Positions 14,954 to 29,533 are shown, counted from the stretch's first letter. The stretch: DNA of 64,000 nt from Batkoa obscura (GCA_030770535.1 JASVEC010000010.1:806001-870000), one strand, 5' to 3'. The notes: a model not told the origin generated them from the letters alone. Numbers and translations are program-made.

Positions 14954-16141
14954 ATGAAATTTTTACCCTCTTTATTTTTCTCAAACTTGTTTATACATCT
15001 TCTGTCAGCTTTTAATCCTTTAATAGTTTCTGAACATGGAATTGTTGAAGGAAGTTATATAATCAAGCTTAAAGACACCAACCGTATTACTCTTGATTCA
15101 CATTTAAATAATGTTCGCTCATTATTTAAAAATCGTTCTGAAGAAAATAAGATTAACCATGTTTATAATTCCTTAGGTAGCTTTTATTCAGCACAATTTT
15201 CTAAAGAAATAATTGCTCAGATTCGCTCTTTACCAGAAATATCTTATATCGAAAACGACAGTATTGTAAAAGTATATCCTAGCGAAAATGCTGATACTTT
15301 AAGCATTAATTCGGTCCAACCAAATGCCCCTTGGAATTTAGCGAGGATTTCTCAAAGAAAGCTAGTAAATTCAGATTATACTTACTTAGGCGATGGTTCT
15401 GGGGTATCGGTATATATTGCTGATACAGGAGTATATACTTCCCATCCAGAATTTGAAGGACGTGCCATTGTTGGAGCTAATTTTTCATCTGATACAAATA
15501 ATAATGATGGAAATGGACATGGTACATTTGTTGCTGGTGTAGTTGGTGCTAAGACTTATGGAGTAGCTAAAAAAACACAACTTATATCAGTAAAAGTCTT
15601 AGATACCAATGGTTCTGGCTCTATTTCTGGTATATTAGCTGGTGTCAACTGGGTAGTAAAAGATAAGAGAGGGAAGAAAGGAAACGTTCTCAATCTTTCA
15701 ATTGGTGGTGGTTTTTCACAACCCTTAAATGATGCTGTAAAATCTGCCCATCAAAATGGAGTTACTGTAGTAACTGCAGCTGGAAATAGTAATTCTGACG
15801 GATGCTCTTTTTCTCCCGGATCTACCCCAGAAGCTATTAATGTTGCTACCTTAAGTACAAATGACGCTCGTTCTTCTGCATCCAACTATGGTAAATGTAT
15901 TGATATATTTGCCCCCGGACAAAATATTGTTTCTACTTGGAATAATAATGGGTTACAAACATTAACTGGCTCTTCTACGGCTGCACCACATGTTGCTGGC
16001 CTCGCTGCTTACTTCTACTCACTTGAAGCTTTAACTCCAGATACAGTAACTCAAAAAATTTTAGCTTTGGCAACTATAGATTTGGTCACTAATCCTGGAA
16101 GTCAATCCCCAAACCGTATTGCTTTTAATGGAGCCATATGA
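14954..16141 (+). CDS. Secreted subtilisin (S8, proteinase K-like) with I9 propeptide; intronless
   Basis: Signal peptide, YIIKLK propeptide, triad DTG / HGTFVAG / GSSTAAPHVAG, oxyanion AAGN. Confidence 0.95.
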   Translation: MKFLPSLFFSNLFIHLLSAFNPLIVSEHGIVEGSYIIKLKDTNRITLDSHLNNVRSLFKNRSEENKINHVYNSLGSFYSAQFSKEIIAQIRSLPEISYIENDSIVKVYPSENADTLSINSVQPNAPWNLARISQRKLVNSDYTYLGDGSGVSVYIADTGVYTSHPEFEGRAIVGANFSSDTNNNDGNGHGTFVAGVVGAKTYGVAKKTQLISVKVLDTNGSGSISGILAGVNWVVKDKRGKKGNVLNLSIGGGFSQPLNDAVKSAHQNGVTVVTAAGNSNSDGCSFSPGSTPEAINVATLSTNDARSSASNYGKCIDIFAPGQNIVSTWNNNGLQTLTGSSTAAPHVAGLAAYFYSLEALTPDTVTQKILALATIDLVTNPGSQSPNRIAFNGAI

Positions 16142-17095
16142 ATTTATTTTAGATTTAAAATAAGTATATTTTCTTGATATAAATTTATTGAACATACTTT
16201 TTAATAGCAAATTTTAATTTTTTATTACAGAACCCACTTAGATTCAAAAGTGCTTATTTTTACACTACAAACACTTTTCATTGATTTCGCTGACTTAATT
16301 TTATAAAATGATTTATTATTAATTTCCTTTAATTTTTTTATTTTGAAATAGATTTATGATTCTTCATGCTTTTCCAATACATTACTATATGTCTATACTT
16401 GGATTACTTAATACCTACTTTTATAATCATAATTTTTAAAAATAGCTTGAAAATGATGTTAGTACAATACATAAAAAAATTATTGCTATAAGCAAACTAG
16501 CTTCAAATTCTAGTTCAAGTAAAAATCGAAACCAAAAAAAAAATCTTCACATGTAACTTTAATTATATAGATTTGAATAAGTGTAAACAACCAATTGATC
16601 ATATCCGCTTATTTTTAATCTCTTAAATATAGTGTCGACTGGTATTTTTCTTTCTACCTCAATACCACTATTTTTTGTATCCCTATTCACCTGTGGTCTG
16701 ACTTGGGCACTGCAGGCTTTTTACTAACATCACTAGCATTACCTCCTCGTCGATTCTTCCCTTATTTCTTTTATCAGTAATTTATATTCGTTTGTCTTCT
16801 GGAAAAGTCATTGGTTCTTTATAGAATTCTTATTTACTAAAGAGTAACAAGATATTTCAATGCTCCCATTTATTACAAATAGGAAATTCCCCGATTCAAT
16901 GAATTTTCTCATGTAAGGCTAGATTAGTCGCTAATTGAGATGGAAAAAATGTTTTTCTTCATGACATACGTCTCCTTTCATTAACCTGCCTTTTTTTACA
17001 CTTATTAATAAGCCGATTCAAACTTTTTACCTTCAAGAATATAAAAAATCCCTATATGAGCTATATCTGTTGGAGAACAAACTATTTAAATATTT

Positions 17096-17193
17096 GGGGA
17101 TGTTTTTTTTGATTTCATTATTTTTACATCTTTTAAGCGTTATTTAAGTGGAAAAATTGCTAGTAAAATTCTTAAATACAAAAATACATCCCC
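17096..17193 (-). mobile_element. MITE, TSD ATTT (a second copy lies at ~17311-17405)
   Basis: attt|GGGGATGT...ACATCCCC|attt. Confidence 0.85.
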
Positions 17194-17514
17194 ATTTGAT
17201 CAAAATTTATGTACTAAGACATAAAAGTTGAAAGCTAGGCCTTTAATACAACAAACCCTTATTTTTTTAACTAGATAATTTAGTAGTGTAAAAATTAAAA
17301 GAGAAGTATATAGAAATGTTTTTTTAGCTTCATTACTTTTCCCATCTTTTAAGCGCTATTTGAGTGGAAAAATTGTTAGTAAAATTCTTAAATATATACA
17401 TCCCCATATTCTTAGAATGATGTATTCGAATCTGTTCAAATAATTAAACACAAGACTAAATGTAATTTGGTATCAAAAATTCTTTATTATTGACTATAAA
17501 TGTATGATTGACCT

Positions 17515-18704
17515 TTACAAATTGACAGAGCGTAACCCTTCTTCTGTATATCTACCTCCTTTTACTTCAATTTGCTCTGTTAATTTACGGATTTGTTTAT
17601 TTTCATCATCACTTAACTTGATATTGGCTGATTCAATATTTTCCTCCAGGTATTTGATTCTTCTCGTTCCTGGAATAGGGATAAAATCATTTTCCTAGTA
17701 AAATTAAGCTATAATCTAGTCATGGTTAATAAAACTTACTTGAGATAAAACCCACGATAAGCATAATTGTGAAGCTTTGATTCCCTTTCTATTGGCTATT
17801 TCTTCAAGCTTATTGACAATTTGAAGGTTATGCTCAACATTTTCTTCGTTATAGCGTGGAAAACGAGTGACTCTTGAATCATCCCTATCTAGTGATTTTA
17901 CATCTAATTTTCCAGTCAAAAAACCACGACCTAATGGTGAGTAAGCAACAATAGCTACTCCGAGCTCTCTACAAGCTTCCAATAATCCATTTTTTTCAAT
18001 AAATGTTTCCCATGGACTATCAAAATTAAGTTTAAGTAGTTTTAAAAAAAATTTAAATAATTACCTATATTCAATTTGTACTGCAGAAATAGGGTGAACT
18101 TTATGTGCCCTCTTGAGTGTTTCTGCACTACATTCAGATAACCCTAAATATTTCACTTTGCCCTCTTTAACTAATGCTGCCATAGCTGAAACAGTTTCTT
18201 CAATTGGGCTATAAGTCACATTAATAAAAATGATTTCTATTAGAATTAGAACATACGTGGTAGGATCAACCCTGTGTTGATAATACAGATCAATAGTTTC
18301 AATTCCTAAACGTTTTAAACTAGCATCACAACACTGTTTCACGTATTCTTTATCCCCACGTATCTTCATTTCCTTTTTTTCTAGATCATAACTAATAGCA
18401 AATTTAGTACAAAGAAAAATTTCATTCCTACGCTCCTTTAAAACTTTAGCTAAAAGTTTTTCATTTTCGCCCATGCCATACATATCCTATAATAATATTA
18501 ATATTTGGTTACTCAGATCATCCATTTATCACTTACTGAAGTATCCCAAAAAGTACATCCAAGGTCAATGGCTCTGTTTAAAACTCGAATATTCTCTTCT
18601 TCGTTAGAAGAGCCATAAAAAGCACTCATTCCCATACATCCTAGTCCAATACTTGAGACTTGTGGGCCATTTCTACCTAATTGACGTGTTGCTAATCCAC
18701 TCAT
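17515..18704 (-). CDS. Aldo-keto reductase (YakC/auxin-induced type)
   Basis: [62 protein letters not shown]. Confidence 0.95.
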
Positions 18705-19547
18705 TTTAAACTTATTTTTTGTTTTTACTTTGTTTCAATTATTTTGGCATTTCATTATGTTTTATACTTTTCACTTAAATACTTGATTTTATCTAACTCC
18801 GATTTATGTTGATTAGAATTGAATTTTTAATTTTATTATGGAGTATTTTAATCCCGACTTCAAGGTAGATTTTGTCACTTAATGCGTAGCACTTAGAAAC
18901 CTAAAAAAATTAGACTTCGAAACTCTTAAATTAATATGGTAAAGGTTATTTAAAATCTCACTATCAACGTCATCATGTGAATAACTATTGCTTTTATATA
19001 ATATAATCCATTAATAATATACACTTTCGTTTTTGCTTTAAATATAGGTATCCCTAGCGTTGCCATTATAAAGACGTTATTCGCCTCATTAGCTTTAAGA
19101 TATAGGGATGCATTTTTTTGCTTAATAATTTTACTAATAATTTTTCCGTTCAAATAATGCTTAAAAAATGGAAAAAGTAATGAAACCAAAAAAACAACCT
19201 CATATAGTGGATTTTTTTATATTTTTATATGAAAACAGTAAAAATAGAAATATTTAATGAAAGCGTACATCTTAAAAATCGCTATTATATTTAACTAACA
19301 AAGGCTTGTACCATACTTTCATTTTTCAATACAGTAAAAATAAAATAATACTATATTGAATAGATTGAATTTTATAAATATTTTAATGTTTAAATAATTA
19401 TTTTATTTAAAACTACAATAATGTAGTATTTTTTATATATAAAATATTACACTTAAACAATAGGAATTAGTTCATGACAGATGAAATAAGCTAGCTTTTT
19501 GACAAATATTAATACTTAATAACAAATTAGAGGAAGATGTTTTATAT

Positions 19548-21918
19548 TTATTTTTTAAAGAAAGAAAACAAATTTCCGAGGACACCGCTATTATCTTCCT
19601 CAGCATTTTCAGTGGCAGCTGGAATTGAAGTTGAGGTTGAGGTTGAACCTTTGCCCATTAAGTTATTTAAGTGATTAAACAATAATGAGTTTTCATCTTC
19701 AAAATGATTAAATGCAAGATCAAACACCATAGGCTTGCATGGAATAGGTAAAAGTTTGGGTGGTAAATCAATAAGATTAGGGGTATACTGATTATTGTTT
19801 AGCTTGAAATTAGGATATTGTTTTAATTGCTGAGATATTGACTAAATATAGTAATTAATTTATTGTCATTATTATATATATAAATACTTACTAATAAAAT
19901 TTGTTGATGACTTAAGTTTAAATTTGATAAAGATTCAGCTAACAAATCTGTTTCATTTTCGGAATGGATAGCCCAAGTTGATTGAGCTTGTTGGGATAAT
20001 GAGCGTATGATTTTTTCAAAATTCAAAGCATAGTCCATTGAAACTATACAATCTAATTTATATTCAGATTGAACAGAATCGTTATTAGACACCAAAAATT
20101 GAGAAAATGAGGATGAGGAATGTTCGAATAAGGAACTAGCTTCCAAATATTTTTGTTCATTCAAATAATACATTCCCATGAATGTTTGACTTCAAAAATT
20201 AAATATTTCTTAAACTTAAATATAAAAATACCTAACACCTTTAAAATAAGCTAATTTTGCTTTGACCCATTGTTCAAATTCATATTCTTCTTGGAAAAAA
20301 GGAGCATTTGAAATATTATCCAAAACCTATCAAACAACCAACATTGACATTATTTATAATAGCAATAATATCAAAAACTTACTTGTATTATACCATTCAA
20401 AAGTTTAATGATATCTTCAATTCTACCAGTGATTTTCAATTCTGGAGCAATTCCTTCATTATTAATAATGAAATACTCTTCAATTAAAAATAAATTTCTC
20501 AAAATCATTGCACTAAATTGTCGTTGATGGACACATGCTTTAAGTAAACTTAAATTAGCACTTAATTCTGCTGATTTAGATGTTTGAATCCTTTCTGATG
20601 CAACCTAAATTATAAATATAAATAGTAAAATATAGTAAAATAATTACTTTGTCTTCTTCACTTAATTTCATAGCTATTTGTGTAGCATCAGAATAAGAAG
20701 ATATAATTTTGTCATATAAATTCATGACCTCGTCTTTAGAATTATTATTGTTGCTAAATAATTGATCTTCTGCCTCCTTTGCTGCAATCATTAACCTTGC
20801 TATTTCAGAACTTCTTAATTGAATAGTATGATGAAACCATTTAATATCGTTAACTTTCTTAGGTAAATCCGATTTCAAAGTAATGCTCTATTTAAAAATA
20901 AATCAGATACAAATACATAATGATATAATTACTTCCAAATGAGACGAGAATTCTTTTAAATAACTCCCTTTTACTTTTGATACAATCTCTTTATTATATT
21001 CTTCTTCATTCAGTTCATCTACTTCTTTTTCAATATTATATAAACAAAACCGAATATTAGGCTCAATGTTATCAACCATTGAAAAATAAAGTGCTTCGTC
21101 TTGAGCATTACAATTTTCACCCTGTGCCAAATTTTCTAGAATGAATCTAAAATTTAGATTAGATTTGTTATTTTGAAAGGCAAACAATTCAATTACTTTG
21201 ATGCTGTAAAATATTCTAAGCACTTTTCCCACTCCTCTTTTTCAAAATAGTAATATCCATTTATCATAGTTGTATAAGCCTAAATATTACATTTACGAAA
21301 ATTATTTTATCTAAATTTTAACTTACTTTGACTTCTAACACCTTGTTTACACTGAATAATTTATTACTATTGATAAGGTCTATAAATGAAGCAATATTTG
21401 CAGCCTTTCTAAGTCTTGATAATAAATGGTTTCTTTTTCTAGAATCTTCTAACAAACTTGCTTTTATTTCCATTCCATAACTCCATGCTCGTTCACATAA
21501 GAATAACAAAAGTTCAAAATAGCTAAAATACTAATATTATTTAATAATTTAAGATTAATTTTAGCTTACCTTTTATTTTCACCAAATACCTCTTTCTTAT
21601 CTTTTAATAAAGTGAGTTCGTCACTTACTTTGTTTTTTTTGGGGCCTCCTTTATGTAATAAGCCTAAACCTTTTCTTAAACCATGTATTTTACGGGTACA
21701 ATATTTTCTATTCAATTAATTATGTATAAACGCTTAATGTTGTAATTTTACAATAGAGAATTACCTATATCGAGTATAATCTTGATGTCTTAAACCAAAA
21801 GAATTCCTAGTCTCATTTAGTAAGCCTAAAACTGCTTTACATCAACATATGTCATCTATTATTATTAATGATATTTACTTGGCTCATCGATTTTTTCTTG
21901 AATATTAGTCATGGACAT
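19548..21918 (-). CDS. SRP68: Signal recognition particle subunit SRP68 (multi-exon)
   Basis: RNSFGLRHQDYTRY/RKYCTRKIHGLRK, LFLCERAWSYGME, IEPNIRFCLY, C-terminal PPKLLPIPCKPMVFDLAFNH. Confidence 0.9.
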
Positions 21919-22262
21919 TTTACTTTTATTAAAAAGAAAGAATTTTTGTTTGTTTATAAAACTAGCTCTATGAATTTAACATAAAATTAACCAATGAAAT
22001 TAATTTGAGTAGACTATGAACAGTTTAATATTATTTAGTAGTAATAATACAATAATATAATGATATGAATTCAAAAATGATTGATGATAAATACCAATTT
22101 GTAATAACATTAGGTACCTTCATTGATATACTTTTAACAAAGTATTTTAAATAAGGAAGTTCAATGTCACATTATTTCAATATTTTATTTTACTATTTTA
22201 AAATTATAAAAATAAAAATAGAAATAGACTTATAAATTTATTCTTTTTATTTAAATTAAAAA

Positions 22263-23177
22263 ATGGTTACAAATAGTGCTAATTCATCGTATGTAAAAAC
22301 AAACAAACTAAATAAACAATAATAATAGATTATTATAGGATAAGATCCACAAATACAATTAAAACATTATATAAGAATGCAAAAAAATCAGGCTCTAATT
22401 CTACAGCTTCAAAACAATATCAATTAAAAAAATATGCTGAAGCTACTCTGGGTCCATTATATTTAAGAGCCGCTGTACAGTTGCCACAAGGTGAAGATCT
22501 TAACGAATGGTTGGCAATGAATAGTAAAATTAATTATAGGCTTTATTGACTTTATTGACTTTATTTAACTATTTTATTAAAAAATAGCGGTGGATTTTTT
22601 TAATCAGGTCAATTTATTATACGGTACCATGTCTGAGTTTTGTACAAAGAACACTTGCCCTTTAATGTCGGCTGGTACTAAGTAATCATCTTAGTAACGC
22701 CCTTATCCTATATTTATAATCTTTTACATATTTAGATATACTTATAATTGGGCAGATGAAAGCACGAATAACCAACCAATTCCAGTATCAGCACCAGAGT
22801 ATGTTGATAAATTAATGGCTTGGATCCAAATCCAATTAGATGATGAAAAATTATTCCCAACTAAAACAGGTACTTTGCTTAATATTTATCTACTCTTTAT
22901 TTATATCAGATTAGGCATTTCTTTTGGTAAAAATTTTTTGCCTACTGTAAAAACAATATTTAAGCGTTTATATCGTGTATATGCTCATTTATATCACCAC
23001 CACTTTGACCATGTGATTGTTTTAGGCCAAGAAGTACACTTGAATACTTCGTTTAAACACTTTATTTTTTTAGTGCAAGAATTTGACTTGATTCCAGATC
23101 AAAAAGAGTTAGCTCCAATGTTAGATTTAATTGCTACTTTTGATCAAAGAGAGCCTCAGCCTAGCTCAAGTAGTTAA
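22263..23177 (+). CDS. MOB1: MOB kinase activator (Mob1 family)
   Basis: AEATLG...[40 protein letters not shown]...SAPEYV..LMAW...[17 protein letters not shown]...HLNTSFKHF. Confidence 0.93.
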
Positions 23178-23585
23178 TTCTTCAATAAACCAGTGTTCAT
23201 TATATAAATAGACAAAAAGTGTATTGTGGAATTATATTATAATTACTTAATAATGTAACTATTTTTATTCTAGAAAATAAACAAGTTATAGAAAGAATAA
23301 AGTTTATATTATATATAACAATTTCTTTCATTAATGAATTAATTTTTAAATATAATAAATCTATTTGAAGTTATTTTGTAAATAAAGTACTTTATTTAAT
23401 AAATGAAACTATAATTCATTTAAGATTTAAGATGTCAATTAATAATGGTTCTAAGTTAATTAATAGCAGTGGCATCAAAATAATTCTTGGTTTTTAATTG
23501 GTTTAAATTACTCCCATCCAATTCAACTATAAAACATAAGATTTTCTTTTTTTTCTAGAAACATTTTAGAATATTTAAAAACAAA

Positions 23586-23890
23586 ATGAGTGTAAGTTAA
23601 AATCGAATATGAAAATACTTAACAATACTAAAAAATTTCATAGACTTACGAATTTACTGTAAAAATGACTTGCTCTGGCTGCTCCAACGCTGTTAACAAA
23701 GCACTTGGAAGATTAGAAGGTATTATTTTTTTAAAAAGATGAGTAGTTTATTAAAATCAATTTCGTAGGTGTTGACAAAGTCGATATTAACATGGAAGAA
23801 CAAAAAGTAACTGTCACTACCAGCACTGCTACCAAAGACCAAGTTTTTGAAGCAATCAAAAAAACTGGAAAGGAAGTTTCTGCTTTATAG
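23586..23890 (+). CDS. ATX1: Copper chaperone Atx1 (3 exons)
   Basis: MS/TYEFTVKMTCSGCSNAVNKALGRLE/GVDKVDINMEEQKVTV...IKKTGKEV: MxCxxC and KTGK motifs. Not in the ORF track. Confidence 0.93.
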
Positions 23891-24111
23891 TTATGTTTTA
23901 ATAAATTCTAGTGAAATAATTAACTTTATTTTTATATCGTATTTCTATACTTTGTTCATATATTATCTCTTATCTATTATCACTATTATTTTGACATTTG
24001 ATGTGAAAGTAAGAAATTTATAAACTTTGAACTTTGAAAATGATGAAATTTTGCATTAAAAAATCGTCATTTCAAAAGAAACATTCTTACTTTCAAACTT
24101 TTAACACTAAA

Positions 24112-26222
24112 ATGGCATTATTAAATAAAGTAAAAAACAGTCAGAATGTATTGAAGTTAAGAAGTATAAATAATATTAGTAGTTGTTCAAATAAAAAGGT
24201 TAGTCTCAGCAATTGTATCTATAAATCAAAAATAGATCTATCCTTTTTAAAGACAAATAGACGAGGATTTAGTATTAAGAATTTTTTCTCACTAATTTCA
24301 AATAACATCTTTAATTCTGATAATAAAAATGGAGTTAAAGCAATATATAACGTTGATAAGGATAATAATGTAGAGAATATAGATGATAACATAATAAATC
24401 ATGATGACATTAATGATAAATCAGATGAATTAGTTTCTATTTATAAAGAGTATCAAAATTTGACTTGGTATTTTCATCCTTCAGATAAATACGTATCAGT
24501 TGATTTACTACCGGAGGATAGTCTAAACGAACAACTATTTTTAAATGACCCTATAATCTATAAAGGTAATTATAATACTCGATATTTGTACTAACAAGTT
24601 TAATTTATTTTATTTTAGTTATAGTATTAGATGAAACATTAACAAAGGGAATAGATTTAGTTAAATGCCTACTGGACTCTCCGTTTGATAGTAATAATGA
24701 TAGTAGTTTTAGTAGTACTTATAAAAAAATAGATGAAAATAAGAGCATTCAAGAAGTTCAATTTACCCAAAAAGAAGTAAGCAACTCAAAGTTTTCAGAC
24801 TATTCTCCACTTAGTTATATTAATGCGATAAATGATGGTACTAGTATAATTAATCAAACAATTTTAAAATGCAAACTTAATTCGAGTAAACTTAAAAATA
24901 ATGATAAGCATATCGAAGTATGGCTAACGAAAGGATATGATGAATTAACAAGGATTGATAGAGTAAGAGATTATAGTATTGTTGTATTATCTAGTTTTGA
25001 GACGGCATTAAATTTGAGTTATTATTTAAAACAAAACAGCTTAGCATTAGATTATTTAAAAGACAGTTTAATGATATTAGCTGATAAATGTGATGAAAAT
25101 ATACAAATTTCAATTCAAACTTTGTTCAAACATAATTTTCCACATTTGAACATTGAGTTTTGTAACATAAATATCTCTAAAGGAAATAATGCTTATAGTT
25201 TATTAAAAGAATCCACATCCAATGCTATAGCTTATCAAGATAATTGGTTACAGTCTAATTTGTCATTATTAAAGGAAAAAGTATTTAACCGAAAGGATTT
25301 GAGTGATATGAAAGTGAATACATTTAATAGAAGAAAAGAATATTTAATTGACATATGTGAAAAAAATATACAGTCAAGGATTCAAGTATCTAAAGATATT
25401 ATTAAGGAATGTGAAGCTATTTTAAATGAAATGGAAAAAGCGAAACAAGAATTAAGTAATGAGATTAAACAATTAAATTTATTAAATACGCCTGAACAGA
25501 GTACTAGTTTAGTAGAGTTGATTAAGCAGCAAAAAATTACATTAAACGTTGGTAATTTAATAGCCAATTTCCCATTATCTTATTTTAAAGTGATAGCAAA
25601 AATGAAAGAGTCGAATTTTAATTTTAACATTGAAAGCGAAGTTAATAAAATACAAAGCTATAATAACATAAAATTACAACACTTTTGGGATCAGAAAAGT
25701 AAGAAACTACAGGATATAACAAACAATAGACCAACTTTAACTATAAATTATGTCAATTTAAACTTATTTCCTAATAAACTAAAAGATATCATTATCGTAA
25801 TTAATAATTTAATAAGTAGTATCAAAGTGATTGATGAAGTATCAAAGAAACAAGAAGAAATAATAACTAAGTCCATTATATTTCAACTATTATGTGTATC
25901 TTTTACGCAGCTTAGTCTATCTTACCCATTACATCCCTCAGTAACACCTACCTTACTCATTACATCATCCATTATACTATCATTATTAAATGTAGTTTAT
26001 TTTGTAAAAGAATGGAATAGTTATGGGAATAAATTAATAGTTGATTTTGAAACATTAAATAATACAATAAATAATGAGTTAATTCAGTTACAACAAAATA
26101 ATTTGATTAACCATGTCGATGTGCCTTTAAACGAACTAATTAATACTCAAATCTTACCTTATCATTCAGAATTAATAGCTAAAATGAAAGTATTACAATC
26201 GAAACTTAAAAGTTCAAAATAA
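24112..26222 (+). CDS. Hypothetical protein, probably mitochondrial: basic N-terminus, coiled coil, two C-terminal hydrophobic segments
   Basis: Two long ORF blocks joined by an intron near 24566-24618; K/R/S-rich N-terminus; hydrophobic hairpin IIFQLLCVSF...LLITSSIILSLLNVVYFV. Confidence 0.6.
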
Positions 26223-26304
26223 AAGAATAAACAATAATTTAAATTTAATTGTGTTATTTTATTTACTGTTTTTTATATTTTATCTATAAAAATAGAATCC
26301 TTTT

Positions 26305-28122
26305 TTAATATGCTTTTTCATGTATCTTTTGTGCACGACCAGATGGATCTTCAGGGCAACCCCAATCTTTTCTTGGGATCCAGCGTTCAACAGTATATTG
26401 AGATGATGGGTTAGTGAAAAGACGATCAAAGATGATACGATACCAGTAAGCTTCTTTAGTAGTAGGGGTATCATGGCTCCATCTTTCTCCAGCTTTAGCT
26501 AGTTGTTCTTCTGTTACTTCTCTTTCAGCTCTTTCTTTTAAAGAGTCAATCCAAGAATATCCTACGCCATCTGAGAATTGCTCTTTTTGACGCCATAAGA
26601 TATTATGTGGGAGATAAGGATGTTCAGGGGTATCAAAAGCTTTACGTAGAATATATTTTTCCATTCTTTGAAGTTCTGTTTTGATCATTTTCTCTTCAGG
26701 ATCGATATTCATACAAAGATCTAAATAGTCGGTGTCTAAGAAAGGTACACGTGCTTCAAGTCCCCAGGCCATGGTAGATTTGTTAGCTCTTAAACAATCT
26801 GCTAAATGAAGGTTTTTAACTCTGGTAACTGTCTCTTCATGAAGATCACCTTTAGTTGGTGCGGCATGGAAGTAAAGATACCCACCAAATACTTCGTCAC
26901 TACCTTCTCCAGAAAGCACCATCTTAACTCCCATAGCTTTGATTTTACGACTCAATAAGTACATTGGAGTTGAAGCACGGATAGTAGTTACATCATAAGT
27001 TTCAAGATGATAGATAACATCTTCTAAAGCATCATGGGCTTCTTCGATAGTAAATGTTAAGGCATGATGTTTAGTACCGATGAACTTAGCTACTTCTTGA
27101 GCTGCTTCTAAATCAGGTGATCCTGGTAAACCAATAGAAAAGGAATGAATTTTTGGCCAGTTGGCAATAGCTGATCCATCTTCATCAGGTAAACCTAATG
27201 ACTTTTCAGCTTCACGTGCAGCAATTGATGCAATAAGACTGGAATCTAAACCACCACTCAAGAGTACACCAAATGGTACTTCAGCCATAAGGCGGCGACG
27301 AACGGATTGTTCTAAACTTTCACGAAGTACTTTAAGATCTAATGGAGTGGAAGGAACTTTAGAGCCATCTAACCAAGAAGGATTGAAGTAACGTTCAAAT
27401 TTCCCAGTGTTAGAATCATAAATATGACCAGGTGGGAAGGATTTAATGTTATCACATGACTCTTGTAAAGCTTTCATTTCACTGGCATAGTAAAGAGTTT
27501 CTGGATGGGATGAGTGGAAACCATAGTATAAAGTAGTGATACCGATAGGGTCACGCGCTACAATATGACGTCCATTTTTTGCATCAAAAAGAACAAAGCT
27601 AAACATTCCTCTTAAATGGTTTACTAATTCTGAGCCCATTTCAGCATACTAAACAACAGTTAGACTATTAATCAATTTAATATATATATACTTACTAAGT
27701 GAATGATAACTTCACAATCAGAATGAGTTTTGAAAGTAACCTCATTTTTTAATAATTTACGAAGCTCGATATGGTTGTAAATTTCACCATTGACAGTAAG
27801 GATAATAGAATCATCAGAATTAGTAAGAGGTTGAGAACCAGAATCTATTTATTATTAAGTGTAAAATAAATATAAAAGGAACAAATTGAAAAATATTAAT
27901 ATTACCAACACCAACAATAGCTAAACGTTCATGACTAAATAAGTTGTTTCCTGAAACTTTACATCCACTCCAATCAGGCCCACGATGTCTTAAACTAAAA
28001 AATGTATTAGCTGTTATTATTATTATATAAATATAATATTACAGTTTAGAGTGGCTTAAAGCCTTTGAACGAATATTTTCAATATCCGAGTAATAGTTAA
28101 GGATAGCAAAGATACCACACAT
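26305..28122 (-). CDS. ASN1: Glutamine-dependent asparagine synthetase
   Basis: N-terminus [67 protein letters not shown]. Confidence 0.97.
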
Positions 28123-29228
28123 CTAATTAACAATTAACGTTTAAAGTTTACTATAAAGCTATTTACATTTACTTTAATTTCTACTTTGATATAAGAGAAA
28201 AGCAAATGATTTTATTTATGATAATTTTATTTTATACTTACATTATTATTGAGAATATTCTAAGGGTTCAGATATAATCATATAAAGTTTGCAAAAAGTG
28301 TCAATAATTCCCAAAGTTAGTAATTCTTCACCTATTAACATCAAAAATGATGTAGCTTTATTCTACTTCACTCTAGATTAACAAGTGGTTTAAAATTAAG
28401 CTCGGGAATATTTAATATATAATAATAATAAATTAATGATAGCATATTAATATATGTTATTTAATGTATAGGTATATAATGTTTTATATCCCCTTATAAA
28501 TGATAATAACAATTCGATTAAATATAACAATCTATTTTTTATAGTTTGTCTTTGATAATTGATCTTATAGTTATAAATTATGACTCATTAAAAGTAACAA
28601 TAGCATAGTAAATTTTATTGGCTAATAAATCTCCTTTATTGAATAATAGCAACATTCACTAAAGAATAATAAATTAACATTATAATATGATGTTTATACA
28701 TATTGTTATTTAAAACCTTTGCTTTCTGTTAGACTCTATCTTTGTAACCAGTTGATTTCAAACAAATTTTATACTTTCAAACTTGAAATAATACATGCAT
28801 TTATTCAAATAATGTATTTTTTAATCAAAATGCAAGAATAAAGCAGTTGAGATTTAATAAAATTAAGATGACTGAACCTTAGATTTATATATTACTTAAA
28901 AATAAAAGCCACTATAATATAACTATTAGTTAATAGCTAATATTGAAAAATTTGAAGCTGTAACTATTTTATTTTATCGACTTTTGCTAAGCTGCTAAGA
29001 AAATTAGATTACTTCTATATACCCTCTTGAGCGTCACTAATTTTGCAAAATTTTATTTAGTTGACCTCTTTGAAGTGAATTTAACATAAAATAATATTTG
29101 ACTGATAAAACTTCGAATAGTTGCTAACCAAATCAATTTTCGATCAGCTAAACTTTTTAGGCTTTACTGATCAAAACTACTTTCAGACTGGATAGATATG
29201 TCAGTCTTATTCGTTTAATGAATAAAAA

Positions 29229-29301
29229 TGGAGAACCCGGGCATCGATCCCGGTGCCTCTCGCATGCTAAGCGAGCGCTCTACCATCTGAGCTAGTTCCC
29301 C
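29229..29301 (-). tRNA. tRNA-Ala (AGC)
   Basis: Reverse complement GGGGAACTAGCTCAGATGGTAGAGCGCTCGCTTAGCATGCGAGAGGCACCGGGATCGATGCCCGGGTTCTCCA; G3:U70 pair, anticodon AGC, downstream T-run terminator. Confidence 0.97.
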
Positions 29302-29437
29302 GTGTCGTTAATTGAAAATGACATTATATAAAGCTAATAAATAGCCGATGAAAAAATTGCGAAGTTTTGATATCGATAATATGGGTGTCTATTTAACTCA
29401 TGTATAATTGTAGCATAAATTTAAATTTAAACAATAT

Positions 29438-29533
29438 GGGGATGTGTTTTTTTGTCTAAGAATTTTACTAATAGCTTTTCGACTCAAATAGCGCTTAAAA
29501 AATAGAAGTGATAAAATCAAAAAACACATCCCC
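29438..29533 (+). mobile_element. MITE, TSD ATAT
   Basis: atat|GGGGATGT...ACATCCCC|atat. Confidence 0.85.

Noticed and set aside
16560..17080. Slightly GC-richer intergenic stretch (also 63700-64000)
   Set aside because: Possibly decayed TE, but no open frame or recognisable motif.
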